From: a virus
IMG/VR virus record: IMGVR_UViG_3300024324_000002
Length of the DNA: 64,000 nucleotides
Strand: one strand, 5' to 3'
Shown here piece by piece: positions 59,684 through 64,000 of this stretch. The notes beneath the pieces were generated by a model. The model ran no database searches, had not been told where the DNA came from, and saw nothing but the letters and a program-made list of their open reading frames with translations. Position 1 is the first letter of the stretch. Each line of letters starts with the position of its first letter. The translations under genes and the position numbers were made by a program.

Positions 59684-59866
59684 TTATTTGTTAGGAACTA
59701 AATCTTTTTGTATATCTAATACACATCTAATCTTTTCTTGATTCTCTACGCATACTGTCTTTGTATTCTCTGTATAGTCTTCTGTATACATTGTATTCTT
59801 AACACATCAGTACGTAGCTAATGTTACAGCTATTCATACAGCTGGTCATACTTTAAAATTTTTCAT
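59684..59866 (-). CDS. Small lipoprotein-like protein (60 aa)
   Basis: MKNFKVGPAVGIAVTLATYGC is a signal peptide ending in a lipobox-like YGC. Confidence 0.4.
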
Positions 59867-59985
59867 TATCTTTCCAAATAAGGAACTAAATATAATCCTA
59901 CTAAGATTATAAATCATACGATTGATAGTAAGATATAGCCTATAATGGCTATACCTCATATCAATGCTTTTCTAAATCTATTCAT
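59866..59985 (-). CDS. Small membrane protein (39 aa)
   Basis: One TM segment; TAATG coupling to the next gene. Confidence 0.4.
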
Positions 59986-60160
59986 TTAAATATATTATAT
60001 CATTAATAGTGTCTTTACAATCTTCTATAGTTCTATATAATTTTTCTTTTCTTTGTTCCGTAGTATTATTAGATTTTAATTCTAATAAACTATCATCTAT
60101 TATTCTACTACATACTCTTAGATTATATCTATCTGTATCAGATATATCTTCATATCACAT
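59978..60160 (-). CDS. Hypothetical protein (60 aa)
   Basis: ATG 60160; the TAG overlaps the next start. Confidence 0.4.
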
Positions 60161-60161
60161 T

Positions 60162-60422
60162 TTATTTTAATTTAAAAATAAATTTAATATTGTCATACAT
60201 ACCGTTAGCAGCTAATCATACTAAGAATCAATTAAGCATTATATCTTTAGTGCTTAAATCAAATAATAAATAAACTATTCATGCCGCTAACGGGAATGTA
60301 AACAATGGTAATAGTTTTTTTATTAATTCTCCTCCTAATGATTTCTTCATCATTTCTGTTACAACTAACACTATAGGTGTTACTATTATAACAGTTTGTT
60401 CTATTCATATATATTCTATCAT
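60162..60422 (-). CDS. Holin, LL-H-like (86 aa)
   Basis: Two to three TM segments. ...LLPLFTFPLAAGIVYLL...GFLVGLAANGMYD resembles LL-H family holins. Confidence 0.5.
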
Positions 60423-60760
60423 TTTTTATTCTTTATTAAATAAAGTCTTTCTCTCCTTAGGTGAGAAACTAACATTACAGCTACTAAATTTCATAATATT
60501 AATATCGGTCATATTCATTCTTCTATAAAATGAATCTCAATTAAATGATCTATTCATCTATGAAGAATAAACCAAAGATATAAATTTATATAATATAATA
60601 ACGATAACGATATAATAACAATATGTTCAGAACGACTTGCTTTATATTTACTTTTATCTTCACTCATATAGTTCCAATTATGAACTAGATATATTACTTC
60701 TTTAATTCAGAAATATAATATAAGTAAAAAAGTTAATATAGTAATTGTAAATAAAATCAT
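60416..60760 (-). CDS. Membrane protein (114 aa, about 3 TM)
   Basis: Hydrophobic segments; overlaps the next start. Confidence 0.45.
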
Positions 60761-60771
60761 AGTTTTTTTTA

Positions 60772-61683
60772 TTAAATGTTATTATCTTCATATTTATCAG
60801 ATACATTCGCCATTACTATAAGTAAAAATTTATTTATAATATTAGCCTTCTTTTGTTTAAATAATTCTTCTGTTATATTTTCTTTAGTATCTTTTAATAC
60901 TTCATCTATCTGTTCTAATAATTCTCAAAATCTCATTTGATGAGATGCCCAGAATTTTTCTATTATCTTTATGTCTTTTCATGATGAGAATATTGCTTTC
61001 TCTAGATCTTGTCATATAGATTTAAATAATAAATTTATATGTATTTTGAACATCCTTGTGTTCGTAGTATTAAAACTATCTATATCTAAAATTATTCTTT
61101 TTAAAAATATAATTTTAGTTTTAAATAAATCTTTCATATCTGTATTTGGTATATGTTCTATATATCTATCCAGTTGTTCAAGATTATTTGTATACTCTTT
61201 TGTAAATTTATACCCAGTGATTCATGTTATTTTTTCTTTTAAAAATTGATTCTTATGTACTGATAGAAATTCTACTAGTACTGGATGTATCTCCATTCAT
61301 AATTCCTCAAGGTTTTCAGCTATACTAGATAAGTTATTTAATATTAGAAATCATGCAAATGCTCATACGAACATCTCTACATGAAATACTAAGTTCATTG
61401 TATATCACATAAACAGTAATATACTATAACTTACTAATTTCCATATTCATTTATAAAAACCTCTACTACTAAATACTTTATATTTAATAGCTTTTAAAGA
61501 TCATAATAATGTATCAACTAGAAATAACATAAATACAGCGTTTACTATGGTTTCGTTTCATACATAAACTAAGTTCATGTAACTTAATCCAATACCAAGT
61601 ACAGCTTTAGTTATGAAGTTATCTGTGAGTATAACTTTTAGATATACTAATATAGTTTTAATTCAGAATACTTCATTTAACAT
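60772..61683 (-). CDS. Holin-domain protein with long cytoplasmic extension (303 aa)
   Basis: Frame verified from ATG 61683 to TAA 60772. ...FLVDTLLGSLKAIKYKVFSSRGFYKGIWK...FLILNNLSSIAENLEELG matches my memory of the Phage_holin_4 signature (D..tG...S..G..K ... NE.lSIlEN). Confidence 0.55.
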
Positions 61684-61701
61684 TTTATGTTTTGTTAAGT
61701 T

Positions 61702-61803
61702 TTATTCTTCAGTTTCTTCTGATATCTCTAATGATTCATCAGCGAACTGGTCATTTGTGATTGACTCTTTCTTTATTTGTCAACCATTTATCCTCATTCA
61801 CAT
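61702..61803 (-). CDS. Fibre N-terminus-like mini-ORF (33 aa)
   Basis: MGMRINGGQIKKESITNDQFADESL parallels MGIKIDGNRQIKAGSITNNEIANST of the fibre gene starting at 58548. Confidence 0.35.
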
Positions 61804-61814
61804 ATTTTAGTTTT

Positions 61815-61970
61815 TTAATTATAAGTTCATCCATCTATTGATCATGAAGCATCAGAAATAAAATCTAATACTTCCTGTGATAGATCAGATAATTTTATTG
61901 TACCATCCTTTATATCTATTCATTCGATAGTATTATCTCTTATTTGAGATGATTTTATTTCTGGTTTCAT
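61815..61970 (-). CDS. Fibre-related mini-protein (51 aa)
   Basis: MKPEIKSSQIRDNTIEGIDIKDGTIKLSDL...SIDGGTYN. The C-terminus resembles DGGEYY of the collagen-like fibres. Confidence 0.4.
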
Positions 61971-61982
61971 GGTTTATATTTA

Positions 61983-62234
61983 TTAAGCTAAATCATTAGG
62001 ATTTGTAAAACTTGTTACTTCTCCCATTTTTACCCATTTTAAAGATCCTCATACATTTGCATAATAATATGCTGTATTTGAAGAAGATATGAATGTATCT
62101 CATTCAGAATATGAAGCATTTGGGTCAGTTCAAATTACGGTATTAATTCATCCTCATGCATTAGATAATTCATTATCAAATTCATTTTTAGTATATACTT
62201 CTGTATTAGAAGATATACTTCATAAATTTCACAT
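61983..62234 (-). CDS. Fibre-related small protein (83 aa)
   Basis: N-terminal MGNL, like the fibre gene starting at 63843; G/S/N-rich. Confidence 0.45.
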
Positions 62235-62264
62235 AATTTTTTTATTATTAAAAATTAAATATGT

Positions 62265-62282
62265 GGAGAGAATTAACTCTCC
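62265..62282 (-). terminator. Hairpin after the fibre gene
   Basis: GGAGAG-N6-CTCTCC followed by an AT/T-rich stretch. Confidence 0.4.
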
Positions 62283-62370
62283 TTATATTATATAACTAGA
62301 TATACAATTTCTTCTTACATTTCTGTATTAATTATTTCAGTATACCTATTATCTATTAAGTTATTAAAAC

Positions 62371-63843
62371 TTATTTAATAAGTAATTCATTTGCTGTAAT
62401 AGCTATACCAGCTTTTACTGAATTATCTCAAGGATTTACACTTATAGCTCATATTCAAGAATGAGTATTAGTTCAAGAAATTACAAAATACATATCATAA
62501 CTACCAAAAGATGCTCTTGCTTTATGGAATACTCAATTAGAATATGAACCAGTAGAATCTCAATAAATTCTTCTTGTTTTACTTCAATCACTCATAGTGA
62601 ATTCAATATAATAAGTTCAAGTATTTAATAATAAATTACTAAATCAATAGTTTATATCTTGATCAGAAAAGTTTCATGTATATGTATTATCTGATGTTTT
62701 AATTAATGTTCATCCTACTGAATCATAAACTTTACAAGTAACTACAACTCAATGATAAAACATACCTCTTATTTTTATATTAGATATATTTATAGCTTCT
62801 GTTACAGTAAATGTTTGTCAATATGATTCATTTTGAAATCAATCTCAAATTACTTCATGTTGATCTGTATGCTGTATATTTAAAGAACCTGCAGCTTGTG
62901 ATATATAATAATTACTACCTATACTTAATCCTGTATTATTACTATTTATTCATACTAAATCAATTTGTATATTACCTCAAACAGTAACTGTTTCAGTAGC
63001 AAAACCTACAAATCAAGATTTATTTAAATCTGAAGAGTCAGTTAAGTATACTTTTCAATCTGTAGAATTTATATATATTGATTGTCCAGCTGTTATATTT
63101 CCTCAAGCAATTAATGAAGTTGTAATATTTCATCCTCCAACATTATTAATTGCATTATCTACCTCTGTTTTAGTATAAGTAGTAGCTTGATTAGCTTTAG
63201 TATTAACTAATGCAGTTAATGTTGTATCATCATATGTAGCACCATCAGCACCAGCAATACCTTGTGGTCATTGTGGTCAGATTAAACCTCCATTAATATC
63301 AGCAGCTAGTGTAGCAACTACATCAGCTAATTGATCTAATGTTGTAGCGTTAGCATCATAACTTCTTTGAGTTAATGCATTAGCTACTGTATATGTAGGT
63401 AATACAGATACATCAGCAGCAGTAGCTTTAGAATCTAAAGCAGCTTGTAATCCAGCTATACTAGCTATACTTAAAGCATCTAGATCACTTCTATTTAATT
63501 TAATAAAATCTACAATTTCTTGTACTTCATTTAAATCTACATCATTAGAAGCAACTAAAGTATTTAGATTATCTATTAATCCTTTTAATACTTTACCTTG
63601 TTCAGCTGATAATACAGATCCACTACCACCAGTTGTAACATCATCAACTACATGAGATGTATTTAATGCACTTAATACATGAGTATCAAATACACTTTTT
63701 GTATTTAATTGAAATGAACTAGTGTCAGTTTTTTTAATAAAAACTTTTTCATCTATTTCATTTATAAATATTTCACCAGCTTTTCTTTCTGCTGGCATCG
63801 TAAGTCCAGAAGTTAACCCTCTAGGATTTTGTAAATTTCACAT
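62371..63843 (-). CDS. Tail fibre protein with short collagen-like segment (490 aa)
   Basis: Frame verified line by line. ATG 63843 (MGNLQNPRGLTSGLTMPAERKAGEIFINE). GPQGPQGIAGADG at about 63235-63279, in which TGA encodes Gly. TAA 62371. Confidence 0.85.
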
Positions 63844-63860
63844 ATTTTATATGAATTAAA

Positions 63861-64000
63861 AATTAAAGATTAATAATATTCTCAACCGTCCATAATAAAG
63901 TTTCAATCTATTCAAACTCAATCAGCTCATGTTTCCCCTTGTATTCATTGTATTCATTGTATTCATTGTGCTCATGTTGCTCAATCATTTCAATCAACTC
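63861..64000 (-). CDS. 3' end of a collagen-like fibre gene (partial; matches the phase of the gene at 1-786)
   Basis: ...GNDGATGAQGIQGIQGIQGETGADGVGIDGNFIMDGGEYYYNL, with the TAA stop at 63861-63863. Confidence 0.75.

Noticed and set aside
1-64000. Genetic code 4 (TGA = Trp, as in Mycoplasma/Spiroplasma phages)
   Set aside because: TGA sits at invariant Gly positions (collagen G-X-Y, GFGTF, GSGKS, GTSxAAP, GGGIP). Trp would destroy these motifs. TGG is separately used where Trp is expected.

Overview
Very AT-rich 64-kb window that reads as an essentially complete, probably circular, podovirus-like phage genome. In the standard code almost nothing on the minus strand is open. If TGA is read as a sense codon, the minus strand becomes a nearly gap-free array of about 72 genes, and only two genes (HU-like) sit on the plus strand. 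The positions where TGA falls show TGA = Gly, i.e. genetic code 25: the Gly of collagen G-X-Y triplets, GFGTF of HU, GGGIP and GNP..TTGG of RecA, the GSGKS Walker A of TerL, GTSxAAP of a subtilase, and EG of TOPRIM. TAA and TAG remain stops. Reading down the minus strand from 31024 the order is: two small genes; one 4,657-codon ORF carrying an RNAP beta-prime-like ADFDAD barrel motif; a small-terminase candidate, TerL, portal, scaffold and capsid; adaptor/nozzle-like and internal proteins; and collagen-like fibres that appear to run across the window ends. After the ends come more fibre genes, a holin/peptidase lysis block, a second tail fibre flanked by inverted repeats, a replication/recombination block (VRR-NUC, SSB-like, Cas4-like nuclease, primase-helicase, Rad50-like ATPase, MucR, subtilase), a set of tiny terminator-bounded genes, and RecA. 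A 1.5-kb non-coding island (34.2-35.7 kb) contains a ~340-nt G/T-only tract. A 25-nt promoter-like motif occurs five times. All calls come from manual translation only; no searches were run.
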